Part shown: one piece after another, positions 1 through 13,559 of the stretch
Numbering within the stretch: the first letter of the stretch is position 1
Layout of the letters: each line of letters starts with the position of its first letter
Assembly: GCF_963853765.1 (NCBI RefSeq)
Contig: NC_088858.1
Span: forward strand, 1,488,001 to 1,552,000
DNA from: Magallana gigas
Taxonomy: Eukaryota
Direction: 5' to 3'
DNA: 64,000 bases
Position numbers and translations under genes: made by a program
Notes under the pieces: model-generated
Seen by the model: the letters and a program-made list of their open reading frames with translations, nothing else
Databases searched by the model: none
What the model was told of the DNA's origin: nothing

Positions 1-29
1 AACTCCTATAGTATATCTTACGAATACAT

Positions 30-350
30 GTAACTTTAATATCCCATTACTGATACAGGTAACTTCTATATCTCACTACAAGTAACATCTTACCTCGCTT
101 ATACATATAACTTCTATATCTCAGCACTGATACAGGTAACTTTAATATCTCAGACATGATACAGGTAACTTTTTTATATCACTAATACGGGTAACTTCTA
201 CATCTCACAAATACAGGTAACTTTAATATCTCAAACCTGATACGGGTAACTTCCTTATCTCACTAATACACGTGACTTTAATATCTTAGCACTGATGCAC
301 GTAACCTTTTTATCTCATTAAAACAGGTAACTTAAATACCTCGGCACTCT
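30..350 (+). repeat. Degenerate tandem repeat, ~26-29 bp unit (TACAGGTAACTTTAATATCTCAGCACTGA-like)
   Basis: Repeated core TACAGGTAACTT/TACGGGTAACTT at about 54, 131, 161, 186, 212, 241 and 322. Confidence 0.8.
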
Positions 351-419
351 AGTCATGCTACACCTTATAAAGTATTTGCTTTCCGTCAATCACTAATTTC
401 GTACAGAAATTAACATTCA

Positions 420-506
420 CAAAATGTGTTAACTGCATTGCCCTGTATATCAAAAGATTCGTCAAAATGTGTTAACTGCATTGCCCTGTATATCAAAAGA
501 TTCGTC
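420..506. repeat. Direct tandem duplication of 43 bp
   Basis: CAAAATGTGTTAACTGCATTGCCCTGTATATCAAAAGATTCGT starts at 420 and again at 463. Confidence 0.9.
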
Positions 507-3500
507 CTTACAATGGCGCGTTATTTGATTTAAGAAGCCTGGGAAGCCGTGACCATTTCCAGACTCATTTGATTTAATAATACTGAAACGGTTTTGAACC
601 TCGAACCTCGAACGGTCATTGCACGTAACCACTGCACCATAGCACCATAAATAATAAAATCTCCTGTCTGGAGCAAGGAAGTCTCTATCAGCTCTAACTT
701 TCCTCACAGCTGACTGTTTATTGTTCTTCATAGCCAAATAATATCATATAAATGGTACTTTCGTGTCTCCAAGGAACATTTAATATTTATATTCCAAAAA
801 CAATTCTAATTGAAAGCGGTTCAGGGTTTATCCAATACTAATGCTCATTTTCCTGCAATTCTCTTACAAATACATTTCATGAATTACCATATTTTATATG
901 AGTTAGCAGTCCAGACCCTCAGCTATTACCCAACATCTACATGTTTACAATTACTTTTTAACTCTCCCCGACAGAGTTTGTTCTTCTGATTGATTTACGA
1001 TGGGCCAATCACGAATTTAGCGCAGTCTATGAAAATGGAGAACTTCCAGAAAAAAGATTAAGAGTGTTTGAAAATGTAATGAAGAATTGTCAGGGGAGAG
1101 GCAAGAATGACAAAAATGACTCGTCAAATTTTTCATTCCAAAAACAACTTTCACAAAAAGAGACACATTTCATCTATCACTTTTCTAACTACTTCATTAC
1201 CGACAAGGAAAGCCATACAGCAGCGTTTATGAAAACTTTGATATTACCTAAATTAGTCGATTCTAGATGGAAGTGTTAAATCGTTACGAGGAAGAGAGGG
1301 GAAATTTCAGGCAATAAGAGACGGTGAGCCCCCGTCACTCCTGACGTGATCCGAACAACTGGGGATTTCTGCTTCTTGTTTTGCCGGTTTAAAGGAGTTA
1401 ATTTCAGGTCGTGTGACCGCAGAATCGACCGTTGTTTTTTGACATTTCACAGAAATAAAGTTTGTAAGCTGCTTCATACTTTCTCTCCGAGACTTGGGTA
1501 ACAATGGTCGGCCGGGGAGGTAATTTGCTCCTTGCTGTGCCCTTGATGTCGTATTATAGACAGACAAAGCACGGGGCATCGATCACAGGTCGATAAGTTT
1601 ACCTACAACAGCATGCCCGCCAGAATATATGCACGTGGACTATTGAAATTAACACCAGGTTCATTCCGACATTCTTTTATCATATTAATTTTTTACCTTG
1701 GAATTCGAGGACTTCGGCTAATATTAAGCGGAAGTCAAATAAAATGCACATTAAAATAAATTTGTTTTTAAAGACAAAAAATAAATACTTTACACCCATT
1801 TAAACAACGCAAAAGATCAATGAATGGCTTTTCAGAAAGAAAAAATAAATCGAATTATGTTTAGGTTTGAAAAGAAATTCATTCAATAAGTAGAGTTTTA
1901 AGAGTTAATGAATTGACATTATTTTAGAGAGGTTATCAATGGGAACTGCTTATATCATCGCACCTGCAAACATTATATACAAAATGTACTTTCAAGTATT
2001 TTGTTTAATCTAAAGCAATTAAACCCAATAAATGTAGGCTTTAATTGGCAAGATTTAATCCATCTCTTTTTTTTAGTATTTTACATGAAACTTGATGCAA
2101 GGCAAGTTTAAATACAGAACAACGCAATAAATTTCATGTACTTGTAAATCAATTAACAGACAGATAAACGTGCAATTAACCTGTCCCCCCCCCCCCCCGA
2201 CCAGACTGGGGGGGGGGGGGGGTATCCTCCCTGGACCTACCTTTACGTAACAGGGTCAGAAAGACCAGAATGTAGCCCACGAGATCCTGGGCCATCACTG
2301 CTGTACCCACGGTCACAGCTATTCCATCCCCTGTCCACTCTTAATCCGGCCAGATTGGGACTTTATTCGGAGTTTATGCTTCAGATTTGTTAACATTCCG
2401 GATCACAACAGTTTTACATTCTGACAATTACAGAAAAAAGCACAGTGAGAGCGCGGAGCGCGCGCCCCGCCCCCGTACCTACTGTGAAGGTTCTCACGGC
2501 GAAGGACCAATGAACGGACACCTGCTGCTGAGCTCGGCTTACACAGGGCCAATCGTCTTTTGTCGGTCTCTGTGGAAGTACTATCTGATCCAAACATTTC
2601 AGCGCTACAGTTACAAAAATATATATGCTCACTTCTTTGGAAGTGTAAATATTTTGATTTTTCGCTCAATACCAAAACCTATTTTTGAATCTTTATCACA
2701 CAAAAATTTAACTTAATGGCAAGAAATGGGTTTATAAATAATCTCTTTACATAAATAACTTTTTAACTTTCTCAAGAAATTATGTGCTTTAACCAGTTCC
2801 ATTGATTTCGGTCTGAATTATATATACAGTCAATGAAAGAGCATTGATATTAACAGCTACATTTAAACCAAAAAATTCTAAACAAATCTTGAAAAGGTTA
2901 ATTAGAATATTAGGAATTCTTCGATTTTAAACTTTAACTGTAAAACTACTGCCGGGCCACAGAAAGGATAGAAACATAGAAAGTACTAGTGTAGGGTTTT
3001 ACTGGGTGCCTTCTCACCGTCTTCCTATACAACGTTTTGTTTTATATACCAAACGTGTGTTTTCATGCACCTAGTGTTTTGACCAAAGCTTTCTTTCTAA
3101 ATACTCTTTCTCTATTTTCTTCTTTATATAAACCATATTAGCTGGATAATATATCACTCGAATTTCCTCTTTAAATAATACTTTATTTCATGAAAATGAG
3201 TATAATAAATTTGAAAATATTAAATCAGAAGTTACGTCATCACACGTTGATTGGCTTTTATTATGATGTAATCTCTGGTTGATTTAGCCAGATTTTATCA
3301 AGAACAGTGTAACATCATCCATTAATCTTCCAATATTCTAAATATTTACAAATTCCGTAATTTTGATACAAACATATCGGTAACATTTTTATCATCTGAG
3401 CTTACACCAGAAATTGTCGAGGTCTCGTCCTTCGGCAAACAGCACGCGAGAGGTCCCGTATCGTATGCCGCATCAGTGGCGGGAAGGCACGCCACACAAA

Positions 3501-4504
3501 CACTGCAACTGTGTCCTAGAGTTTTCACAAATATTTGTATCTTCGTTTTTGCCCTGTCATCTGAGAGACCTGAAAAGAGGCTTATGAGTCGTTAAAGTCT
3601 TGGAATGACACTGTGATGGGGATGAGAGAAGGAATCGTCTGAAAGATGATTGACGGGGGCCCCTTAGATCCCGTGAAGTGGGAATGATACAGACACCGGG
3701 TAATGGAAACTGTTGCTTTTACAGCTCAGCGACCAAGTCAACCAGAAACATCGGATATTGATGTAAAATTAAAAAATATGAGGGGCTACTTCAATTCAGA
3801 GGGTCAATGTGCGTAAGTTGATTTTGAACCACCAGGCGATACAGCGATCAACGTAATAAAATTGTTAATTTTGGAAGACTATAAAATCTACGTATCACGT
3901 GTGTTGGGAGTTATTGTCTTAAACTACAAATTGCCCGTAGAGGCACGGCTTGCGATTTTCATTGATTTCAAAGAATGCTTAAAATTTCTTCTTGTCATAA
4001 AACTAACAGAGGATGTTCCATGAAGTAAACATGGCGAGCTTGGCAAACGTTTCCTCGACTTGATTTAATGAGGCTGAGTTATTTCAATGAGCAAAGGGAC
4101 TCCCCTTCCCCTCTGTGTCTACCCCAAGTCTGTACTGTCTTTATTCCAATTTTGACGACCAAGTAAGTTTGTGTACACTATCTATGTATAAGTACGCCAA
4201 GCTACAGGAGTCCATTGATTGGCAGCCTCTAGACGTCATAGATCACGGGGCGTTGGTGTCACTATTTGTATACATGCTCGCTCAATTAACAGCATGTTAA
4301 CCCGGTAAGGGATTGTTCTCAGGGCCATGATGTACTGCAGGAGCAGTAATTGACAGGGACTCTCACGGAAGCTCGGGTCATGATGCAAGGTCTCAATTTC
4401 TCGGATGTTAGTGACAGCGGACTGAGGTGGTCAACTGACTCAGATCTGTCACCTCTCATAGGCTGAATATATATAGTGAGTGATGACGTCATCAATTTAT
4501 AAAT

Positions 4505-5250
4505 GATACTACACTAGTACTTAGAAAGTCACTTAATCAACTAAAAAATAGTTATATACAAGTACTTAGTAGTAACTATGGCAGCTACTAAAAAGTAATA
4601 CACTAGTACTTGGCAACTAATGATGATAATACACTTGTACTAAGACAGTCACCATGGCAACTAATAAAAAATAATTGACTAGTACTTAAACAGTCACTTT
4701 AGAATCTAATAAAACTTAATACAGTGGTACTTAGACAGTCACTATGGACAAGCAACTAATGGTAGTAATACACTAGTACTTAGGCAGTCATTCATTATGT
4801 CAACTAATGATAGTGATACACTAGTACTTAGGCAGTCATTATGCCAACTAAGGATAGTAATAAACTAGTACTTAGACATTCACTATGGCAACTAATGACA
4901 GTAATACACTAGCACTTAGACAGTCACTAAGGCCACTAATAATAGCAATACATAAATACTTAGACAGTCACAATGGCAAATAGCAGCTAATAACTAGTAC
5001 AAAAACTACAACACTAGTAAGACAGGGTTAGGGTTAGGGTTAGCAATTGCAATTGCAATTGATGAATTGTACTACACTAACAATGAGACAGTCGTCATAG
5101 CAACTAATAAATAACTTTACATTAATAATGGGACAGTCACAATGGCAACTGATTCCCGTATTAGCTGTAATTATAAGTACATTTAGCAACTGATAGATAG
5201 TACTACACTATAGTTATGATATATAGTCGCCATGGCAACTGATAAAAGGG
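4505..5250. repeat. Degenerate ~43-45 bp minisatellite with an embedded short (TTAGGG)n tract
   Basis: Recurring ACACTAGTACTTAGACAGTCACTATGGCAACTAAT units; AGGGTTAGGGTTAGGGTTAG at about 5024-5043. Confidence 0.8.
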
Positions 5251-7989
5251 ACAACACTTTTACCGCGATAGTCTCTTTACATTTTGCAATCAAGAGACAA
5301 AAAAAGTTTTCCTTTCCTTTAGTTCTCTTTGAATCGATCTTGTCTGTTTATATAACAACACTATTTTTAACTTTGAAATTAAAATGAACGTTGTATTCAA
5401 ATAATTAACAAAGGGAAAATGAAGGGCGTGGAGATCTGAATTAATTAAAGATTACGAGTTCTCTTCAGAGTTCATTGCATATTATGTCGAAAAATACAAA
5501 TAAAAACATTGTGACATCTGAGTGAATTAAAATAACTTGCGAGTCAAACTTTTAGGATCTATGAATACGGTAAGCTTCAGAGTGGTTCTGGCACTGACGT
5601 TTAGGGGTCTTATCTCCGAAACAAACAGGGGGTCAGTGTTTGCTGAATTTATTCCTGTAAAAACCGTAAGGTGTTTTAAGTCACGCAGTCAGTAGTCATG
5701 CAAAACCGTCAACAGTTGTGCGGGAAGCAGATTTACGAGATGCAACGTAAAAGTTGACAAGACAACGTTGCATGACAATCGGGAGTTCTCGGGAGTTATT
5801 TTAACGGGACTGTAGAGAACCCTAGCGGCCGATTGTGATGTGAATTGACAGGGGAGATAATCGAACACGACAGGCGCCACTTGTTCACATTGACCAATCG
5901 ATTTTGGGCATACATCTGAGACTTTCACATGCTCTCAGGAGCCCGTATTGCAAATATTTATGTATCGAGCATGCCATCCTACTGGCGACCGTAAATGAAG
6001 TATTGTGAAACACGAGAACATTGTTGGTCATCCGGCGAAATCGGCTTCATTAACGAACAAATCTGTTGTGATTTCTGCTATGACTAATACGTACGTCTGA
6101 AACACAACAGACAAAGTAAAAACAAAACTACAATGAAATATACAAACAATACATCGGGTCCCTCGGCCCTGAGGGGGAACTCAATACCTCGTAACGGCTC
6201 TAATCATCCAGGTGTTCGCCAGGTAATGATCGATGTTGGAGAAAGGAATCGAGTCTTTACACAGAATCCGTAATGTCGGCTATTGTTCCAAGACATTTGA
6301 TCCCAAAACAGCTAATAACTAATTATATCCGGCTTTATAACATGCAAACTGCAATTAACCGAGGCAGGATATTCAAATTCAACTGAATATTAAAATAAGA
6401 TTTTCTGATAAAAAGTTACTCATAGCAGGCTGAAAATAGTACTAAAGAGCCCATGATATTATTAACGGTGCCTTGTAAGTTGAAGGTTTTCTTTGAATAA
6501 TTCAAATTGTGTTTTAGAGACATTTGATTTATTCAAATTCAGTTTTTGATTATTTTTCAACTCCTACATGCTTTAACGATATCCGCATTTATCCCGATAA
6601 AATTAATATGAATGATCTTTGAATTGATTCTACGAAGGTTTGATATACGATTGAATGAAAAAGCCCAAATTGTGTTAATGGAATAGTGTGAAAGAATTAG
6701 AATTTTGAAACATGAAACAACTTAGAAAAAAAACCCCAAAACAAACTTCGATATGGTCGGGAATAAATCAAAATCAATCCGTTTCATTGCTTTGATATAA
6801 ACGTCGACCATAAAAAAATCGGCTTGATTTTACAGCGTAAAGCAGATGTTTTGGGATAAACTATAATTCAGGAAGAGATAGATCACTTATGGCGCAATGC
6901 TATTTCATCTTATATTCAACAAAATAATTACAAAAATAATTCAACCATTTTTAGATTTACTTTTGATTCATTACGTGATGTGTAACGTTATTTAATTGTA
7001 ACGTTATTTAATTGTAAACGTTTGTACTTGACAGTTCTTGAGCAGAAAATGGTGGTGTTATGTGTGACATTTCTTGTGGATTTTTTTAGAGAAAATTAAT
7101 AAAATATAACTATGACGTCCGTAGTCCGTACAAATGAATTGCCAAGCATCCATGATAAAGAATTCCAGGCATAATTGAGTACATGGGAGTTATATTTCAC
7201 AATGTCGCAGAATTTAACTAAAAACTTAATATCCCTCAGGATATCAGAAGTTGTCTTGTCGTTCCGAAACTCGATGTGTAAGATTACGCGACTTGGAATT
7301 AAAATGATGTATTAGGGATGTCCTCGCTGTAGCACTGATTAATCTATTCCTATTGCTCTAGCCTCGTTCTGTTAGGCCTAGTAAAAGGTTCCTCAAGATC
7401 TGCAGATGAACTGTTCATTACCTCTGCTACTGAGGGTATTTGGCGAATTAAAATTATAGCCCGAGTCCACATGGAATCTTTGGATTTGTGGACTGAAATG
7501 AAATAATAGTCGCGAGGTGTCGCTCTCCGCAGGCGCGCTGTTTTTATTTCTGTTGGAGAAATCCGGTGATTACAATTTTCATCTAATCGCTTTGAATACC
7601 GGGGGCTAGGGTAGCATCACTATGTATAATAACAGAACTTGAAAGTAGGATTTGTTCTGGTAAAGTAATTTAAATGAACTGTTGTTGGTCGGAGGTTGGG
7701 CATTTATAAGGTTTGGAAAAACACCCACCTCATTGAAAATCATCTGGATAGATAATTACAAGTCTAAAGCTTTCAGAGACGTAGAAATAGTTCTTTGGAT
7801 AAGTTTACTATAGAAACTGCCTCCTGAGGAAACTGGAGCCGGAACGTAGCTAGAGCACCAATTCTCTCACACCATGCAGTTACCGACTTAATAAAGTTAC
7901 AAACGTATACCAATACTGTAGACCAGTTAGTTAGAAAACGTATCGATTTGCTGTGGGCATACATGTGGTATGACATTATATAAATAGTA

Positions 7990-8345
7990 CCTGTTTGGGA
8001 GAAAAAAAAGTTGAAATTGACACCCCGAGGAAACCATTGTCAACCGACGCGAAGAAGAGGTTGACAATGGTTTTTGAGGGGTGTCAATTTCAACTGTTAT
8101 GCTCCCAAACAGGCAATATTTATTTTATTATACTGAATGTCTTAATTTTAGAGAATTTTAACTGCTTTTATATAGAAATGACGTGAATTTTACGGCGAAC
8201 AGTACGCGCATAATTTACGCGCATGTAACAATTTGTTGTGTTACCCGTTGCTAAGTGTGTTGCTAACGCTGAGGGTAATAAAACGAATTATCAACTGCTG
8301 CTAAACCAATCAGACTTCAGTATTTAACATGAAAGTATAATAAAC
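7990..8345. mobile_element. Palindrome-bearing non-autonomous DNA element (family unassigned; Crypton-like is a guess)
   Basis: 7990-8113 is a long imperfect inverted repeat: CCTGTTTGGG..GTTGAAATTGACACCCC..AAACCATTGTCAACC / loop / GGTTGACAATGGTTT..GGGGTGTCAATTTCAAC..CCCAAACAGG. A left-arm copy lies at 50281-50350, so it is dispersed. The right boundary is approximate. Confidence 0.65.
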
Positions 8346-11300
8346 CTGCCTGTCATGTAGATGTCTCTCCCATGTGCAATGTAATGAAACATGGCTAGAC
8401 AGTGTATCCAACCGTGGGGGAGGGGGTGAGACTGGGCGTCTTTAGGCAGTTTGAACTGTTGATTCAATCCATATTAGATCAAGCTTTGACAAAGATTATA
8501 AAATTTGTAAAATCAACAAACTTAATACATCTTGAACATAATACACTTTATAAGGTCATAGCTTTCCGGCTTTTAATTATCAAAGATTTCGAGTATGTGA
8601 CTCTATAGTGTAATTATAGTTACCTACCAGAAGCTATTACAATTTGCATTGATATCGACGCAAAATGTAATAACGGGAGTTAATTACATTTAGATTTGTT
8701 TATTACATTTCGCGTTGCCCCCCCCCCCCCCCCCCCCGGCTCCATTCTAGTGGTTGCAAAAAGACAGAAAAGACTAGTACAATCTCGACCATTGTGCAAG
8801 GTAGCTTTTACAGACACCTAGGATCCTGAATACTGATTATAGTCTGTCCTTACTAAATTGATTTACAACAAATTAATATCTTTTTCGGGCGATTACTTCA
8901 GCTCATGGTCAGAGAAAACTGCTCTAGTACAGCAGAGTAGATTAATATTTCTCCACTCAACACGGGCCGAGATTCATTACTAGGGTGCTACAATAGGCCT
9001 TAAGACCTTCTCCTGCAGCCTTTAATCGGTCGCTGAATTGAATTTCCAGGGAAAGAAACACCGGACGAAGCAACGCGGCAATTTTCTGTCGGATGAACAA
9101 ACTAAAATGATGAAGTTCATTCATATGCCGAGAAAACCATCGTATTAGTCTAACGGAAGACTGGGATGGGGGTAAGGGAATAACGGCGACCAGAGCGGGG
9201 GTGAGCCATTCATGTCCACCATACAAATTGCAAACAGTGCCCGGATGTTACTTTTATAGAACAATGACTAATTCTTTCTCAGCTCTCCTATCTTTTTCAT
9301 CTCTCCTTGAGATTCTGAATTTTCCCGTCGAATTGTTTCGTAATTGAATCTTAGATCTTCTACAATTATCTTGACGGATAAATGGTTGCAAGTAAACACC
9401 AAGGTTTTTTTCGCTAATGATTCTATTTTTTTTTTGTTAATTTTTGAATTATACCGATAGACATGCAACACAATCTTGCAGGCTGGATAGTTTGCAGATC
9501 ATCTCAAAAATATTAACTACTTGAGTTTTTATTTTTCATAATTGAAGAAATGCGATCTTTGTAAATGCACAGCTTGTGAATAAAGTATAAAAAACGAAAT
9601 TCTTGCATGCTGACGATTTCACGCCGCACGTGTCCCGGTGTCAGTAACAATGCATGGTATTTTTGTCCAAGTCGTTTCTTCTTTTTACAGTATTGACTGC
9701 ATTACAATCATTTCATTGTTGAATTGCGTGAACAATCGAATCCTCTTTCTAAAAAAATTAAAATGAATTCCCTTCGTTCTTTCTTTGACTTTGGGGATTT
9801 TTTTTTTAATGTTTATTACGTCTTTATAAAACGGACTTCATAACACGAAACTCAAAAGTCTACAAAACCTGATAAAAATGCCGAATGTTCAGGAAAATTT
9901 TGTTATTTGTAATCTGATTAAGAATTAATTTAAAAAGTGTAAAATTAAAAAAAAACATTTTGGGGATGGTTAAGAAGATTGTGTAGTTAACAATTGGTAC
10001 ACACCATAGACATTCCACATCTTAATCCACCAGGAAGGGATATTCCCGGCTTTAAAGCTAACGGACATAAAGGTCGCTTACAAGACGCCAAAGTAATATC
10101 CAAGGGAAAGTTGTAAAGTAAATATCAGATATTGGTATAAGCTATAAAACTGAATTTAAGGGAAAAAATTCTCAGTTTATGGTGTTAATATTGTCTAGTG
10201 GCTCTTAAAATCAAAGTAAGTACATGTACTAGTATCTCTTAGTCTTCAAGAAATTTAAATGTTTATTAAAACCATTGTCGGCACTCCTAGTCAAACTTTC
10301 TAAAATTTCCTAACATGCAGTGGGTCAATTTGCTGAATTCTTCTAGTTCTCGTGAATAATTCATGTTATATTCCGATTGGCTCCTTCACATTTTCGTGAT
10401 GGAAATCTCACTAATCGCGTTAATACTTATGCATGGATTTATAATCAACTGCATTTTTCCATACAATCATCGTTTTCAGGCCTCCTAAAACTAAAATAAA
10501 ATCTGCTTTCTCGTTTGCTGATTGAGATGAATTATTATTCATGGAAAAATAAAAACAAATCGTGTAAACCAACTGTTTGTAAACATATACAAGACTGGCC
10601 GTGGGTGTCCGACTATGAATAAACATGTGACAGATTGCTTCTAGAATCATTAAGCAATTCAACAGACGGGGAGGGGGGGGGGGGGAAGGGGGTGAGCTAT
10701 TTTACGTTTTATGTTGTGCGCTTTACAAGAATAATGATAATTATAAATGCACAGTTTTTAGCTTGATGTTAAAGTTAAATGTTCGTGAGTTCAACAAAGT
10801 AAAATTAGTTTCAATATACCAAAAAAGAAGAATCATGGTCGTAGCATTGACTAATATTGAATATTTCATATTGTATTGACATTAGCCAGCAAAATATGTA
10901 TTCCGATAAAAAGATACATATGTATATTGATAATTTGACTTTTCTCTCTTCTTATAATTTGTGTATCTCAAACCATATTAAAGGCACATAGGGTACCAAA
11001 CAACATTCACAAACAAAAAACAAACAACTCCAAGATCTAAAATTTAAAACGAAAATCATTTACCTGTTGTAGTTTATTTTTCTGGGTGTTTTTTTTTTAG
11101 TTTGAAATGTTTTTTCTTTTTTTGTTGTTTTTTTGGGGGGGTGGGGGGTGGGGGGTTGTCATCTGTATATTATATACATGTATTTGCTATCACTACCCTT
11201 CCATCTTCTCTCTATCGCACTCGCCATGACAGAAAGTGGGACGAGGCGTAATTGAATTCTATGCCGCTTTGGTGTTCTTTAAAGGAAGCGAAGGTGGTTG

Positions 11301-12120
11301 GTGGGTGCTCTTGTCAATATGATTATCTAATAAGGCGTCGATGACTTGTAAAATTTGTTTTGTGGTGTCTGCAATATAGTAAAAATAGCAAAAAGTGTAC
11401 GTGAACAGAATGCCTACTGCTATTTTCTTCTTTTTTGAGCTGATTGAGGCATTGTGCATATCAATTATATGTTTGACTGTTCAATAACATAAATATACAT
11501 GTTTGTACACCGAATCTACGCCAAATGTACGATTCTTATATGTATAGTCACCAACTGTGTTTAATCCCAATAAAATGCTTTCTTTTTGGTTTATGCAGGT
11601 ATGATGGTAGCTAACATTAAAAAAAGAAGTACAAAACCTGAGTTGACAGTTTACGTACATATTTTCTGAAATGCTTGCTAACATCATTGCATGTGCGTAT
11701 GAAACACATATTCACATTTACCTCTGATCCATTTTATGAATTATTAATAAAAAGTAAGTTACTTGCTACATGTATTACTGTTAAAACGTTACTGGCACAA
11801 AAGGAACAGTCCATTTTCCTTATGCATGAACGTTACCATGATATTTACGAGACTCTGACCACTGACCAACATCAAGTCTGACCATCGCTGTCTTCGTGTG
11901 GTATATACTGTATTTTTGGGGAAATAGTTGTTATAAATTCCTACAAAAGCCATGACCTAAGTTTCCCCCGTCTACGAAGTGGAGAATATCGACTCCCTCA
12001 TACGTTGGAGTCGACCCCCCCCCCCCCCCCATTCCTTTACTTTTTGGCGACTCCCACGCGTTAGCATGGTTATGAATTGTATACCATGTACAGTCTGTAT
12101 ACGGTGATAAAAAGACAAAC

Positions 12121-12781
12121 ATGGCCTGAAATTAGTCCTGACTTTGACCCCTTTCTCTTTGTAACCAGTAACATTGGTTATACATTACTTGACTATGAAT
12201 GATTTACAAACTTGGATGTACTTATGACAGGTTACAGTGGTTACTGGTAACGTTGGTTACAAATTAGATAGGTTAGGTTTGGGGATAGGGTTAGGAATAA
12301 TTAGGATAAGGGGTAGGTTAGGGTTAGTTTAGGGTTAGGATTAGGGTTTAGGGTTAGGGACTGGGTAACCAAATAAAATAAGACCCCCTATAAATCATGA
12401 AAATGACTGTCACCACTCGTGACCACTGTTACCGTATGTCACCAAGAGAATTAATATAGTAACAATTGTAACCAAATAAAATAAGACTTCCTGCTAAACA
12501 GAAAATAGCTTGTTACCTTTTGTCACCCACAGAATATAGCTGTAACTATTGTAACTAAATGAAATAAGACCCCCTTGCTAAAAAGTTGTGTCACTCTGGT
12601 ACCCTTTGTCATCAAGAAAATATAGCTGTAACCATTTTTACTGGATGAAATTAAACCATCCAGCGGAAAGAAAATAAACAGTTTTGTCACAGATTATGTT
12701 ACTTTTGTCATCAAAAAACAGTGCCTTAATTGTTACTGGTTACAAATGAAATGGGATAAGGACCATGTAATTTCTGGCCAT
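12121..12781. mobile_element. MITE-like element with ATGGCC(T/A)GAAATTA termini, internal GTAACC/GGTTAC repeats and a degenerate TTAGGG tract
   Basis: Left end ATGGCCTGAAATTAG (12121); right end TAATTTCTGGCCAT (to 12781) is its reverse complement with 1 mismatch. TTAGGG-like run at about 12265-12360. Confidence 0.55.
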
Positions 12782-12989
12782 ATCTAAAGTCGTGCTTGAA
12801 ACCGTACCATTTAATAATCAATATAATCATTATTTTTAAAAAAAATAAAAACCACAATTTATCTTACTGAATATTAATTCAACGCAACAGTGACTGCATA
12901 TGCATAACTCAGACAGTGAAAGAGGGTGAGTTTTCCCATGTTTACCCAGTTCCCACACTCAATTTACCCAACTCCAATTTTCGAGACGC

Positions 12990-13023
12990 AACTTCCTTTC
13001 AAAACAACATGGTGGTGGTGTAA
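12990..13023 (+). promoter_or_regulatory. Candidate pyrimidine-rich (TCT/5'TOP-like) start site and a 4-codon uORF upstream of RSL24D1
   Basis: CTTCCTTTC at 12992-13000; ATG GTG GTG GTG TAA at 13009-13023, 14 nt before the main ATG. The TSS position is inferred. Confidence 0.35.
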
Positions 13024-13037
13024 GACGAAACAACAAA

Positions 13038-13483
13038 ATGCGGTTAGAAAAGTGTTATTTCTGTTCCTCCACCGTCTACCCGGGTCACGGGATACAGTTT
13101 GTTCGTAACGACTGTAAGGTTAGTTGTCGTTTCTTCCTTTTTAAGACTTTCCAGAGTTTGTTTACAGCGCATGTTGCCAGATGATGTTTTTCGGAAGCAC
13201 GTGTTTTCGACAGGGAACCGTTTTTGACAGTGTTTATTTATGGCGTTTTGTCGTTAATTTCCTTTTTACACAAAGAAACACATCAATGGAAATATATAAT
13301 TTATAACAAAACCTTAATTTGACTAACGTTAAGATCTTGTCAAAGTTTGACAACACGACAATTGTTCCCACTTGTATATGATATCACAGGCCTCTGAATT
13401 TCTATCAATAAACCGTTAAATGTATAGGTAGAGAGAAAAATACACCCTATTTTGATATAAATGTATTTTTATTTAAATTGGTG

Positions 13484-13559
<76 letters not shown>

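Noticed and set aside
462-737. 91-aa ORF, possibly a transposon protein fragment
   Set aside because: No recognisable motif; its end lies in a 43-bp duplication.
11259-11459. 66-aa ORF with basic residues then a hydrophobic stretch (type II membrane-like)
   Set aside because: It ends in a stop with no usable donor and no downstream exons found; indistinguishable from chance in AT-rich DNA.
12265-12360. TTAGGG tracts (also 5024-5043) as telomere or fusion relics
   Set aside because: Short, degenerate and embedded in other repeats or a MITE-like element.
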